The notes under the pieces were generated by a model. It was not told the DNA's origin and did not search any database. It worked only from the letters and a program-made list of their open reading frames with translations. Positions 11,400 through 23,964 of a stretch of 64,000 bases of DNA are shown in pieces. Origin of the DNA: Callorhinchus milii (Eukaryota); NCBI RefSeq assembly GCF_018977255.1, contig NW_024704742.1, positions 128,466,001-128,530,000 on the forward strand, written 5' to 3'. The first letter of the stretch is position 1; each line of letters begins with the position of its first letter. Both the position numbers and the translations under genes were made by a program.

Positions 11400-12135
11400 A
11401 GATGAGAAGTTGCAAGTTCCATTCAGCCTCTGGTTAGAATTGAAGAAAGTAAAAAGGAAAGAAAATCAGAATATGCTACAGGTTGACAATGAAAATAAAT
11501 ATATTGCTGGAGGGAGTCATAAAACTGCAAAATCCTAGATAGTTATTCTGAGGGATTTCAATCTTCCAAACATAAAGTGGGATTTAGAGTGGAGACAGTC
11601 TGCATGAGAGCATCAATTTATTATTGTTGCACAGGATTCATATCAGAAAAAAAAACTCCTGTCAGGAAACCGACAAAGGGAAGTCCAATATTGCACATAA
11701 TTTAACGAACAATGAGAGGCTGATAAACAAAGCAGGAATGAAGAAAGATATGCCCACCTTTATAGATCTACTGAAATAATAATGTTATTTTCAGGATTAG
11801 AAGTGAGGATGGAAAATGGAAGAGGATCTATAAAGAAGCTCAATTGTTATGCAGCTGTCTTGGGGTATGAAGGAATATATAGAGATATTGAAAAACATTT
11901 AAATTTAGGAAATAACATGGAAAGCAAACGGAAACATTTTAAAAAGAGAGTTTTGATGCTGCAATTATGTTGTATCTCTGAAATATGCTGTGGAAGGGCC
12001 CGAACTGGCAAGGTTGACTAAGAAAATTGCGGAAGGCATTCAGGAGGAGAGGAAAGAGCGTGAACGTTTAAAACATTCAGGAAATTAACTGTATGGGGAG
12101 ATCCAGAAAGGTGGGCAGAGAAATGCCAAGAACAA
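11400..12135 (+). mobile_element. Old CR1 ORF2 endonuclease-region remnant (another piece at about 13340-13420)
   Basis: About 11545-11583 reads LRDFNLPNIKWD (GDFN-like), about 11661 VRKPTKGSPIL, about 13370 RVLKELPQVIAD. Confidence 0.65.
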
Positions 12136-12277
12136 CAACAGAAGCAGCAACTTGCACTTAAATATTACCCTTCACTTAGGGTAACATTTCAGAGTGCTTT
12201 ACAGAGATTGGGTTGGATGTGAAGCAAGGGAGAAGGGGGAGTTTATGAGGTAAATTTAAAGGGCATATGAAGTAATA

Positions 12278-12835
12278 GCTTAGTTAAGTTGGTATCACTC
12301 TTAATTCTGGGTCAGAAGATTATGGGTTCAAAGCCCATGTTGGGATGTGAGCTCAGTGCCTAGGCTGACATTTCAGTGTGCTACTGGGGAATGTCGCAAT
12401 ATCTGAGGTCCCGTCCTTCAGATGAAATATTAAACCTGTTCCTCAGTTAGACGTTAAAGATTGTATTTGTTTCTCCTGGTGTCCTGGCTGACAATCCTCC
12501 AGATAAATTGATCATTCACTTGATGGCTTTTGTAGGATCAAGCTGATTGCAGTATTTGCCTACATGTTCAAAATTAGAAGAATAGTCCTTGTATGTGTAA
12601 TAATAATAATACTTACATTTGATATAGCACCTTATTACTTCATTGAGACATCTCAAAGCACTTCACAGAATATATTCTGAAGTGGATTGACTGTGTACTT
12701 TGTGGGTGAAACAGAGCAACCAATTGTGCACAGCAATGTCCCACAAATAGTCGTGGAATAAGTGAACAATTTTTTTTCAATGATTATTACCCCCGGAAAG
12801 CAATTGACTAATAACTGGGTTCCTACTTACTGTAT
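12278..12835. mobile_element. Family B SINE (+, about 12278-12570) tail-to-tail with family A SINE (-, about 12600-12835)
   Basis: Matches to the intact copies of each family in this window. Confidence 0.8.
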
Positions 12836-13909
12836 AGATAAAGCGATCTGAGACATTACCTTAAATGAAGGGTGCTATTTAAGAGCAAGTTGTTGTTACT
12901 GATGTTGTTCTTGGCATTTCTCTGCCCACTTTCATAGAATTCCCCATTCAGTTAGTTTCCTGATTGTTTTAAATGTTCAAACTCTTTACTTTTCTCCCTC
13001 TGAAACTTCGCCCCTCTACCTCACCCACTTTCTATCCGCCTTCAAAAACCTACCTCTCCGACTGTGTTTATAGTCACCTCCGTCTTACCCCAACCCCTTT
13101 CCTTCCTCCCTTGCTCAAAGTCTGACTGTTTCTTTGTGAAACATGAGTGGTGGTGTGTAAGTGCAAGCTGTTGTTTGGTGTTGTCCCAGGGCAGCATTGT
13201 GTAGGGTTTTGCTTGAGCAGGGCGAGCAGTCGAGCCTAGAGGTTGGAGGTGATAAAGTCATGGATGAGGGTTTCAGCAGTCTGGGAAAAGGCAGTGGCAG
13301 GAAGATGTATTGGGAAGATTGTCAAATCAAAGTAGATACGGTTACTGTTTGATACAATTTCCATCTCAGAGTTCTGAAGGAATTGCCTCAAGTGATCGCA
13401 GATTCCTTCATGGATATTTCAGTTGTATTCAGGTTGAAATCCGTTTATTCTGGAGTTTCTAAATTGCCGGACAATTGTAAATGAGCTCTGCATGCATGAG
13501 ACAGCATGATGTTTCTGCACGGATTAGCTCAATTTCTTCACAGTGTAAGTGTCATCGAAATTGCCTACTGTAGCAGTGAAGAGACATTTGATTTGTACAA
13601 CAAATATTATAATTTCTAAATTAAACCCATTAAATCGTTAAAATAATGAACATGGTTCATAAGCGCATTTTAATGGATTTTCTGAGCTCTCTGCTATTCC
13701 TGTGTTTGTAATAATATACAAGTTAGGAAAAATGTTGGCCATCAACTATTAAAGCTTACAGTGCGGTAATGAACCGTATAACTTTAAGGTAGTGTTTATT
13801 ATAATCGAGGGAAATATTAATAGTTGCTATACAATTAAATTTTTAGCTATGTTTGATTATAGAATAATAATTTCTTTTGTAGCCTTGTACATTATTTTTA
13901 AGACATGAA

Positions 13910-14370
13910 TAATAATAATAATACTTGCATTTGATATGGCGTCTTTCATGTTGGGAGGACATCTCAAAGTGCTTCACATGATTTTGTTTTATTAAAAGAA
14001 ACTAATTATAATTTGGTCATTCAATCCATGACTGTTTGTGCGCTGCTGTTGTGTGGAATTGGCTGCTGCATTTCGACCACAAAATATACAGTTATTTCAC
14101 TTTACGGAATATTTTGTAAAGTGCTTTGAGATGTCTCAAATACAACGATTATTTTTTACTATCCAGTGTTATGACTGTGTATTTTGTAGACAAATGCGGG
14201 CAGTCAATTTGCTAATACCCATGAAGTGAGGGACCAATATTATCTGGGGGACTGCTGGGACAGATAGCAGGAGAAACACCCTTCTCTCGTCTTTGATTAG
14301 TGCTACGAGATCTTTAATGTCAACTTTAATAAGCAGGCGGGACCTCAGCTTAACGTTTCAGCTGAAGGGT
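13910..14370. mobile_element. Family B SINE (-) interrupted by a family A fragment (+, about 14005-14145)
   Basis: Tail at 13910-13980, Deu core at about 14270-14370, opposite-strand insert between. Confidence 0.7.
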
Positions 14371-15375
14371 GACACCCTTAGTTCACTACCCTATCGGTGT
14401 CTGTTCTTTGCATAAAAGAGTGGATAAAAATCACTGGGCAGGAGCAGTGTAAATACTGTAATCAAAGAATGGGAACAAGATGGAGTGTCTGGAACACAGA
14501 GGGTATCATTCTTCGGTGCTGATCCTGGTATACAAGCATATTTGTTTCTCTGCTGATCAGCATCTTTACTAACCCTGGTGGTGTGATTTTACTGTGATAT
14601 CAGTGCAGAGTTCTGCTGCTGTTTAAACAAAGTGGACAGGAAAGCAGGATTTGAACTCTCTTGCACGTCACTCTGAATCAGAGCCAGGGGAGAAAAACAA
14701 TTATCTTATGCACTGGCACTGTAGCTACCACTGCATTTATATGTTGCCAGTGGTTAAATGCATTGCAGTTGAAACCAACTCCTCCGCATTTCCTCAGGTT
14801 CATTTATAGCCCACGTTTAGTGGTGAATTGCTGCCAAAGTCACAATGATTCACCATCAAAGATGCAACACAAACACAGGGCTGCTTACACATCAAGATTA
14901 GTTAAATTACTTCATTGCCCCAGAATTACCATTAAGGTGTCAATACAACTGTGGATTATACGTCTGCTGTGCTTTCAGTAGAATTGGCCATCAGAGTTTC
15001 TCTCACCACACACAATATGTACAATGTAAGAACATTATCGATAACACAACTTTAATTTATTTCTCTAAAGAATTTTATTTTGTAACACACTTTGAGATTT
15101 TGTTATGTGAAAGACACTAACAACAACAACAAATTACATTTGTACAGTCCCTTTCCCATGGCGCTGAAGTACAGCGCCGAAAAGGATTACAAATGTAAAT
15201 TATTATATTATTACTATTATTCATTACTTTTTATTACATGGTGAAAAGTTTTGGGGGATTAAGTGAAATTTTGTAAATTATTCTGTTATTTTGTTGCTTT
15301 TGCCCTCCTCTGCTACATTGCAATAGGGAAGGTGGGCAATCTACTCTAAATCCCCTGCTGCTGTTGCTCTGTAAT

Positions 15376-15560
15376 ATAATAATAACCCTTGCATTTGATA
15401 TAGCGCCTTATCGCGTCATTGAGACGTTTCAAAGTGCTTCACAGAATATACTGTAAAGTGAATTGACTGTATGTATATTTTGTGGGCAAAATGCGGAAGC
15501 CAATTGTGCGCAGCAGTGTCCTACAAACAGTCGTGGATTGAGTGACCAAATTATTATAAT
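15376..15560 (-). mobile_element. Family A SINE 3' half, low divergence
   Basis: ccttgcatttgatatagcgccttatcgcgtcattgagacg...gtcgtggattgagtgaccaaa. Confidence 0.9.
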
Positions 15561-15939
15561 AAAATGATAAAATAAGAGAGAGAAGTAGAATAATCTGTAG
15601 TAACCTTTATTCTACTTCCCTCCTGTCCAGGGCAATATGCCTCATCTAGTCCTGAAAGTACACCTGAGATCAGGAACATATTGTGTGAGAAATCACAAGT
15701 TCCACTGCTCCATACCATAATGTATTGGAATTCCAATGTGTTCTCCAGCCAAATGAACCGTGTTACAACAATTTTATTTCAGGGTGTCTGTAATTTATAA
15801 AGGTCACTCTTTTTGTGAACCTGGTTACCACTGAATTACCTGTATTTTCCCTTGTTAGAAATAAATGAGCAAAGCCATTTCAGTGAAAATGAATGCATCA
15901 TCAGGTAGACCATCTATTAGGACAAGCTTGTTCTTGCTC

Positions 15940-16995
15940 TTTCTGAAACTAATTGCTAAATTAGTTGAATTTAGTTCCCCACACATCATTCTCAGACTGT
16001 ACAAAGCTCTGATCAGATTCACCTTGAATAATGCATGTAAAGGAGAGAGGGATTAAGGGTTATGGGGATGTGGAGTCCTGTAGCTCAGTGGTTAGTGGTT
16101 TGTTTTGCAAGTGAGACACCTGAATTCAATTCCCAGCAGGGCGAAACCTTGGGTAAGTTTCCTTACTCCACACGCCTGAGAATAATCCCTCCAAAAAAAA
16201 CAATAATAAATTGGTCATTTTCAATCTATGACTGTTTGTGGGACACTGCTGTGCGCAATTGGTTGCCGTGTTCGCTCACAAATATGCAGTCAATTCACTT
16301 TACAGTATATTCTGTGAAGAGCTTTGGGACGTCTAGAAGACGTGAAAAGTGCTGTATCAAATGCAAGGATTATTATTATTATTATAAGGCGGGCAGATGG
16401 AGTTAGGTTAGAAGATCAGCCATGATCTTATTGGGCAGGCTCAAGGGGCCAAATTGCCTACTCCTGGTCCTAATTCCTATGTCCTATGTTCCTATATTCT
16501 GGTCACCATAATAATGTCATAAGTGAGCTGTCCAGTTCTTAGAGGCAGTACAGAGGAGAGCAACATGAATGATCCCTGGAGTTAGAAGGATGAGCTATTA
16601 TAAGCAATGATTGAGCTATGAGCTATGTGCTAGGGCTCCTCAGTGTTGAGAGAACATGTCTCAAAGGGGACCTCGTAGAGATGTATGTTTTAAATGGGAT
16701 TGAACACGTATACCCAGATCAATCTTTTAGGATGTAACAAAAAATTAGAACAAGGGGACATAGGTTTAGAGTTGCGAAAGGTAATTTCAGGACATATACA
16801 AAAGTTTTTTGTTACAAAGAAGGTAATTAACAACTGGAACAGGTAGATAGGAAGGGAGGGAGAGGCTAGGACACTGGATTCATTTAAAAATTAATTTGAT
16901 GCAGTGGTGGCAAGACAGTGGGGTGGATATTCTGGAGGGATGAGATCGGATGGACCGAAAGGGCCTTCTTCATCCAGGCTAATCTTGTGATCTAA
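15940..16995 (+). mobile_element. Old CR1 3' region containing a younger CR1 tail (about 16040-16495)
   Basis: ILRLYKALIRFTL remnant resumes at about 16496 (ttctggtcacca). Inner tail agaagatcagccatgatctt...cctatgttcctat. Confidence 0.8.
16072..16386 (+). mobile_element. Family A SINE, internal-deletion subfamily
   Basis: Head gtggagtcctgtagctcagtggttag. cacacgcct runs almost directly into aataatccct. Confidence 0.9.
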
Positions 16996-17269
16996 GTGAA
17001 CTCAAAACTTGTCTAATATTTTATGTGTCTGGAGTAATAAATTACTGTACAACAGCAGCGTATTGAGCTATCTTTAGATAACAATTGGGGGATAGAAAAG
17101 TGAGAGCAAACTGCCTCATAAGTGACCTGCCTAGTGAAGGGACAGCAGAGCTGAATCAACACTTTATGATGGATTCTGTGGCTACTACCAGAGCATGATA
17201 GGTCTGTGGTACTCCAGAACATTAAGAATTAGCCAGCCTGTCTGATTCGTCAATAGAACGTATTACAAG

Positions 17270-17650
17270 ATAGTAATGTCATTTGAGGATATTTGACTCC
17301 TGATAACTCTGGTGTTAGCCTGGATCAAGAAGTTGTGTGTTCAATCCTAACATCAGGACTTTGAGCTGATAGTCTCAACTAACATTCCAGCGAAGCGCTG
17401 AGGAAGTCTTACATTGTCAGAAGTGTCATGCTTTGGATAAGATCTTAAGATGAAGTCCCTTCTACCTGTTCAGGTAGATGTTTAGGATCCAAGTGCACTA
17501 TTTGACAAGAGAGGGCTTTTCTCATTGTCCTGGCCAACAATCCTCCAAATAAAATTGGACCTGTACTTCATGGCTGTTTGTGGGACATTTGCTGTGCACA
17601 AATTGGCTGCCACTTTTGCCCACAAAATACCCAGTCACTTCACTTGAAGG
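17270..17650 (+). mobile_element. Family B Deu-domain SINE
   Basis: cctgttcaggtagatg...gtcctggccaacaatcctccaaataaaattgg...tttgtgggacatttgctgtgcacaaattggctgcc. Confidence 0.8.
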
Positions 17651-18719
17651 TTTGTGACAATGTGGATTGCATTGCCTTAGATGGACATAGATGCAGAATC
17701 AACTGAGGTGTTTGAAAGGAGAATAGACAGATTGACAAAATAATAAGGGTATTAAGCCATATGGAGAAAGGATGGGGAAATGGTATGAGAAAGGTCAGAG
17801 CTGCTGTGAACTAAAAAGGTGTTGGAGCAAACTTGATGACAACAGTGGCCTATTCCTATGTTTCTAACCCACACCTGTGTTCACTGTGGAATAGCCAAGC
17901 AAATGAATTTATACATACACACACACGTACATATCCCAAGGGTAGAGACTGTGAAACTCCTGACGTTCAAGAAACAAATTATCAGCAGTTGGAACTGGAG
18001 AGTACTAAGCCCACCAGGTGGTTCAGACTCCCTACTGAGCAAAAAATAACAACCTAATTTTAAAATGTTGATAAACAATTGGATTTCAAGGGCTCGTGTG
18101 CTTAGCATTTAAATGTGAGAACGTAAGTAAATACATTTTCCAGTGAAAGAATAGAACACAATCTCTACATTCGATACACATTGCTGCTGCTTGCCTTACT
18201 CAACAAAAAAATAGTTTCAAGTGACAGGAATTAGAATAATTGAACTCTCGCCGTTCAAATAATGTTTTCCCCATTATTGTGCAAAGACATAAAAGCACTT
18301 TACTGAGTGCCCCATTTGAAATGTGTTAATAGTATTCAAATAAGGACCAGAGACTATGTTAAGTAAAATCCTTTTACAAATAACCTATTGAATATAATGC
18401 AAATGATAGAAGATAACAGTTAGTTCAGCTTTGTCTATAGGTGTCAGACAAGAAGACATTTGTTCTGCAATTTTGATTGATCATGCAAAAACTGGGAAGC
18501 ATTAAAGACTAAAAACTCATTAAACTCAGACAACGGTTACAATCTCCTTTTCGTTCCATCATTGGCTCATTTTGGTCTTAAGTTGTATCTAGTTTTCACT
18601 AAAAACTTTTGTATCTCAGTGGCGATGCTCCGATTGACTTAATAATGAACTGGTGAATCTCTGCTCAAGTGCTTATGTGGATGTTCACTGTTGCTCCCTA
18701 CCTCTGCTGTCCACTAACA

Positions 18720-19000
18720 CCTTACCAACCTTCCTGCTCCCTTCACTCGGGGGGCACTGGACTGCTCCATGTCCCCTGTTCTGCCTGACCCACTATTGGC
18801 AGTCAGACCTTTAGCCTTACTACCCCCATCCTCCAATTTCTTCTACTTGACCCCTCCCGTGTATCCTTCAAGGCCTGTCTCAAGACCTTCCTCTTTGACT
18901 TGCCTTTGGTCATCCTCCACTTCCCCCTCCCCCCTCCTTTAACTGTCCAGCACATTGGGACATCACCCTGATGTTATCACTATATAAATGCAAGTTGTTA
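18720..19000 (+). mobile_element. L2 LINE 3' fragment
   Basis: C-rich ORF end (ctcaagaccttcctctttgac) and tail tatataaatgcaagttgtt. Confidence 0.75.
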
Positions 19001-19212
19001 ATAATTGTTCATAGAAGAGCCAGCACAGATACAATGGGCTGAATTGTTTTCTTTTGAGCTGTAAGTTTTTGTGTGGTTTTCTGGTGAGGCCATAGTTGAA
19101 CTATGATGGCTCTGATGCTTGGGTAACCTGTTGAAATTGTTGAGGTCTCTCACACAGGAAAAATGATCATTTATTCAAGGGACAAAGAGAATTAAATGCA
19201 GATTCTGCTATT

Positions 19213-19657
19213 TAATAATCCTTATATTTGGTATAGCGCCTTTCACTTCAGAAGGATATCTCAAAGTGTTTCACAGGATTCACTGTAAAGTTGAGTAACT
19301 GTGTATGTGTGTGCATTTTTATGGACAAACTTGGAAGCCAATTTGGGCACCACAATGTCTTACAAATAGCCATGAAGTGAATGACCAATTTTATTTGGGG
19401 GATCGTTTGCCAGGACACCGAGAGAAACTCCCTTCTCGTGGATAGTGCCAAGTGATCTTTAACATCCACCCGAATAGACAGACAGGACCTTAGTTTAATG
19501 TCTCATCTGTTGAACAGCACCACCTTTGCAGTAACACCCACAGCACTGTTTTGGAGTGTCAGCATAGACTGTATGGGTTCCAAGTTCCAATATGGGGCTT
19601 CAACTCACAACCTTCTGACTCAGAGGCGAGACCAATATCAAAAGAGCAAGGCTGACA
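19213..19657 (-). mobile_element. Family B Deu-domain SINE, full length
   Basis: Tail, Deu core and tRNA-like head (caaccttctgactcagaggcgag...aggctgacac) all present. Confidence 0.88.
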
Positions 19658-19838
19658 CATAAAAAGGGAAAGGGAGAAGTAGAGGAAGTGAGAATATATC
19701 TGGTGTATGAAGATTTATTCTGCAATGCATATGTTTGACTAATGTTTGACTAACTAAGAAAAAATTGGGTTCAATTTTGTTGGATTTCTAAATTTTGAAA
19801 TCTGAAAAATTGTGAGAACTGACTTCCTTCAAATCAGG

Positions 19839-22085
19839 TGTCACCCTGACTGTCACCTCTGAGTCAGAAGGTTGTGGGTTGAAATCCCACTTTGAGAATT
19901 AAAACTCATAGTCTAGGCTGACAACCCAATGCTCCAATGGAGGTTCTGAACCTTAGGTGAGGCATTTTTAAACAGTAACCACAAAAAGATTACATTTGTA
20001 AAGCGCCTTTCACATCGGGAGGACGTGTCAAGGTGTTGAACAGTCGGGGAGCAGAATCCAAGCGTGGGGAGGCAGGGTTGGGATGAGAGCGGGCATGGTT
20101 GGGATGAGGGAGGACCAAGAGGTAGGAGGGTGGCTGAAGGCACGGTTGAAAAGGAGGGTCTTGAGTCGTTTCTTGAAGGAGGCAAGGGAGGGAGCAAGGT
20201 GAAGGGATTGTGGGATGGAGTTCCAAAGGGTGGGGCTAGAGAGGCTGAAAGCCTGGCTGCTGATGGTAAGGCGGGTTGGGGGGGAGACATGGAGCAGGCC
20301 GGAGCCTGCTGAATGGAGGGAGTGGACAGGTTGATAGCGGGTCAGCAGGTCAGAGAGGTAGGAGGGGCAAGTCCCTAGAGGGCCTTGAAAGTGAGGACAA
20401 GAATTTTGAATTCTATTCTCTGAGGGATGGGGAGCCAGTAGAGCCAGGTGGAGGTGATGGGGTCACGGAGCCTGGTGGGGGAGAGGACACAAGCTGCAAT
20501 GTTCTGGATGATCTGCAACTTGTGGAGGGAAGAGTTGGGGAAGCTGACAAGGTTTCTGTAATCGAGCCTTGAGGTGACGATTAGATGTATGAGGGCTTCG
20601 GCGGCCTGAGGGGTGAGGCAGTGGCGGAGTCGGGCAATGTTGTGGAGGTTGGGGAAGGCAGTGCGGGTCCTGGTATGGACATGGGGAGAAAGGACAGTTG
20701 AGGGTTGAATAAGTCACTCAGGTTCCTGACTGGCTTAGTGAGGTGGAGTGTGCATCTGTGGATGCTGATGCTGCAAGTGCCTGAGGTGCGGAGGAGCTGG
20801 CTCAAGCCAATCACCCCACATCCATGCCTTGTCCCACTCTGCCTTCCCAGACCTCCACAATATAGCCCGGCTCCACCACTGTCTCACAACACAGGCCACC
20901 GAAACCCTCATACACACATTCATAACATCGAGGCTTCACTATGCGAACTCCCTGCTTGCCGGCCTCCCCAACTCCTCCCTCCATAGGCTGCAGGTCACCC
21001 AGAACTCTGCAGCCCATGTCCTCTCCCGCACCAGACTTCGTTACCCTATCAACCCCATCCTCGCCCGACTCCAATAGCTTCCCATCAAACATAGGGTATA
21101 GTTCAAGATCCTGGTCCTCACCTTCAAAACCATCCATGGTCTTGCTCCCCCCTACCTCTGCAACCTCCTAACCCCCTACCCTCCTGCCACCTCCCTCCGC
21201 TCAGTAGGCTCCGGCATGCCTCCCGTCCCCTGCCTCCCCCACTCCACCATTGAGTGCGGGCCTTCTGCCACTCTGCCCCACCCTCTGGAACTCCATCCTG
21301 CAGTCTCTCCACCTCATCCCCTCCCTTGCCTCCTTTACGACCCGTTTCAAGACCCTACTGTTTCAATCATTCTGCTTCCCCCCCCTGCTCTCCACCCTCC
21401 CCAATCCCAACCCCCAACCCCGGTCTGAAACACTGACTGTCCAGTGCCTTAGGACATCCTCCCGATGTGAAAGGCACTATACAAATGTAATTTTTGTTGT
21501 TGTTGTTGCTGACATTCAGCTGTAGAAAGTTGGCTCTCATCCAGAACTTGATGTCTGACAGCCAGTCTGTCAGGACGTCAGTTGTCCTGGAATCAAAGGT
21601 GGAGGCCGAGAGATCGAGTTGGGTGTTATCCGTGTATATGTGGAAGTTGACCCCATGTCTGCGGTTGATGTCACCAAGGGGGAGCAAATAGAGGTTGAGT
21701 AGGAGAGGACCGAGGACAGAGCCCTGAGGAACAATGCACAGGACTGCAGAGGCTGGAAGAGAAACCGCTGGCGGAGACAAATTGAAGACGGTGTGAGAGA
21801 TAAGACCTGAACCATTCAAAGACAGAACCTTGAAGCTTGAGGTGAGAGGAGAGGGGGTGGAGGAGGATGGAGATTAAACCAAGATGGACATAATAGAGAT
21901 TCTCCTGGTGTGCTGGCCAATGATCCCCCAAATAAAATTGTTCATTCAACTCATGGCCGTTTGTGGAAAATTGTTAATATGTTAATTGGGCATCAGGTTT
22001 GATTACAAAATACAGAGTCACTATGCTATACAGTGAATGCTGTGAAGTACTTTGATACAGGTGCTATATCCAATGCTAATATTAT
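19839..22085. mobile_element. Nested cluster: family B SINE (+) containing L2 (-, about 19975-20812 and 21511-21865) containing L2 (+, about 20815-21510)
   Basis: L2 RT remnant [39 protein letters not shown] on minus. Inner copy LHNIARL...TLIHTFITSRLHYANSLLAGLP on plus, ending (gtt)n. SINE resumes about 21866. Confidence 0.85.
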
Positions 22086-22344
22086 TTTAAATCAATCTAT
22101 TTTCTGAATATGTTTCGACTTATTTGGAATTATGTACATCTGCTACTGGAAGGAAATCGTGTTTAGATTTCTAAATTAAGAAACATTGCAAAATAGACCT
22201 CATTAGGACCACTAGAGCCGAAACAACAGGGTAACAGTATTGTTGTTGTTAGAAATTTGACTAGAAAAATTTATTTTTCATTGACTAGGAGAAATTCATT
22301 AGAGTTATCCTGGTTAGTTGGTGTTACCATAGGGAAGGTTCCGT

Positions 22345-22446
22345 GCAGAGGTGACATTTATATGTGGAACTCTCTCAGTCTGGTTTGGATACTCTTAAGC
22401 GCGGTGATCAGTTTTGGCATACGTCCGACACCTGGCTGACCAAAAA
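22345..22446 (+). mobile_element. Family C retroposon 3' end
   Basis: ggtttggatactcttaagcgcggtgatcagttttggcatacgtccgacacctggctgaccaaaaa. Confidence 0.75.
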
Positions 22447-23309
22447 GTAAATGTGATTAATTTGGTAGAGAATCCCACAATTTCAGAGGGAAACCGACAG
22501 TCATTGAGTAATTATCACAAAAGCTCCATTTTGAACCCCAATCTCAGAGTAATCAGTAGCAAAAAAAGATAAAGTGACAATGGGAAAGAAATTAATTTCA
22601 TCTCCAGTGAAAACCATTAAGTGAGTATTTCAGCAGAATGTGGGAAAAAAAACTATTTTACATTCAAATTGCTGCTTCGTTGAGCACTATCATTTCTTTT
22701 ATTCAAATTCTATTCAGACTAGGTAAAATGGGATTGACACGTACAAAGCAGCAGTGTTGAGGATTACGAGACAATTATTTCACTGAAGCAGTGTTAGTGG
22801 GAGGTCTCTCAAGGTTATTATAGCTTTCTCTACATTATATCTCTTAAGAGTTTTTTTTCGAACAGAAGTGAAATTGTAACTCTAAAGTGACATTAATTGT
22901 ACTGTACTAATTTAGCCTCAGTCACTGTGTAGATGCTGCTGCTGCTGCTATTTCAGTGATGATGAATAGTTTGGGTTACCAGACTGCATTGATCTGTGGA
23001 TATCTGTGCAATGTTATCGTTCATTGTTATTTATGCATTGAAATTGCCCGGGATCATTAGATAACAATTCAGCTATTAGCAAAGAAAAGTGACGGCACAT
23101 ACCTCAGCCTGAGTCAGTGGTTGTCTTAATGGAGTCACTCCTCATTAATCGAAACACTTTGCCAAAAATAATTTCTTTGAACTGATAGGATTCTTGGATT
23201 AATGGCACGTTATATTTTGATTTCAGTGTACAGCTCTGTGAGCAAACACTCCATCAAGGATTGTAAAATGATAAGCATATTCTAGGCTTCAAGTCTGCTT
23301 GATTTGTAT

Positions 23310-23590
23310 CCCATTGTTTGGATGAGACGTTAAGCCCCCAAGTCCTGTTTGCCTGTTCAGGTTGGATGATAAAGATCCCATGACACCACTTGAAAAGTGA
23401 AGGGATTTTCTCCTGGTGTTCTGGCCGACAATCCACCAGCTAAAACTGATCATTCACTTCATGACTGCTTGTAGGACGTTGCAAAGTGCAAACTGGCTGC
23501 CACATCCGCCGACAAAAATACAGTCACTGCAATCTACAGTAAATCCTTGTGAGGCGTTATATCAAGTGCAAGGATTATTATCATTATTTC
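23310..23590 (+). mobile_element. Family B Deu-domain SINE, 5'-truncated
   Basis: ttggatgagacgttaagcc...aaagatcccatg...caaggattattat. Confidence 0.85.
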
Positions 23591-23964
23591 TGGAAAATTA
23601 TGTGACGAAAAATTGCTTATGGTCTTGAAATAGAAACACCCAATGACACTGAAGAAAGGGATATGAGAATAAAGTACTTATTGTAGGGCATAAGGCACTT
23701 CGAAATCCATATAAAAAAATTGGCTGAATTCAGATGACAAACAAACTGGTTTTGAGATTTATGATTCCATCTGAACATCTTGACCAGCTACACCATCTCT
23801 TTCCACCCATTCAGGATCCTTTCTATGTAGAAGAAATATTTTTAATGCTGAGATGCCATAATACAGTTTTCTGCTGAAGTATCAATGTTGACTTTATTAT
23901 AAAGCATGCAAAGCATTTGTGTATAATATGCTAATTACTGTATGCAATACACGGGTTCATTATC

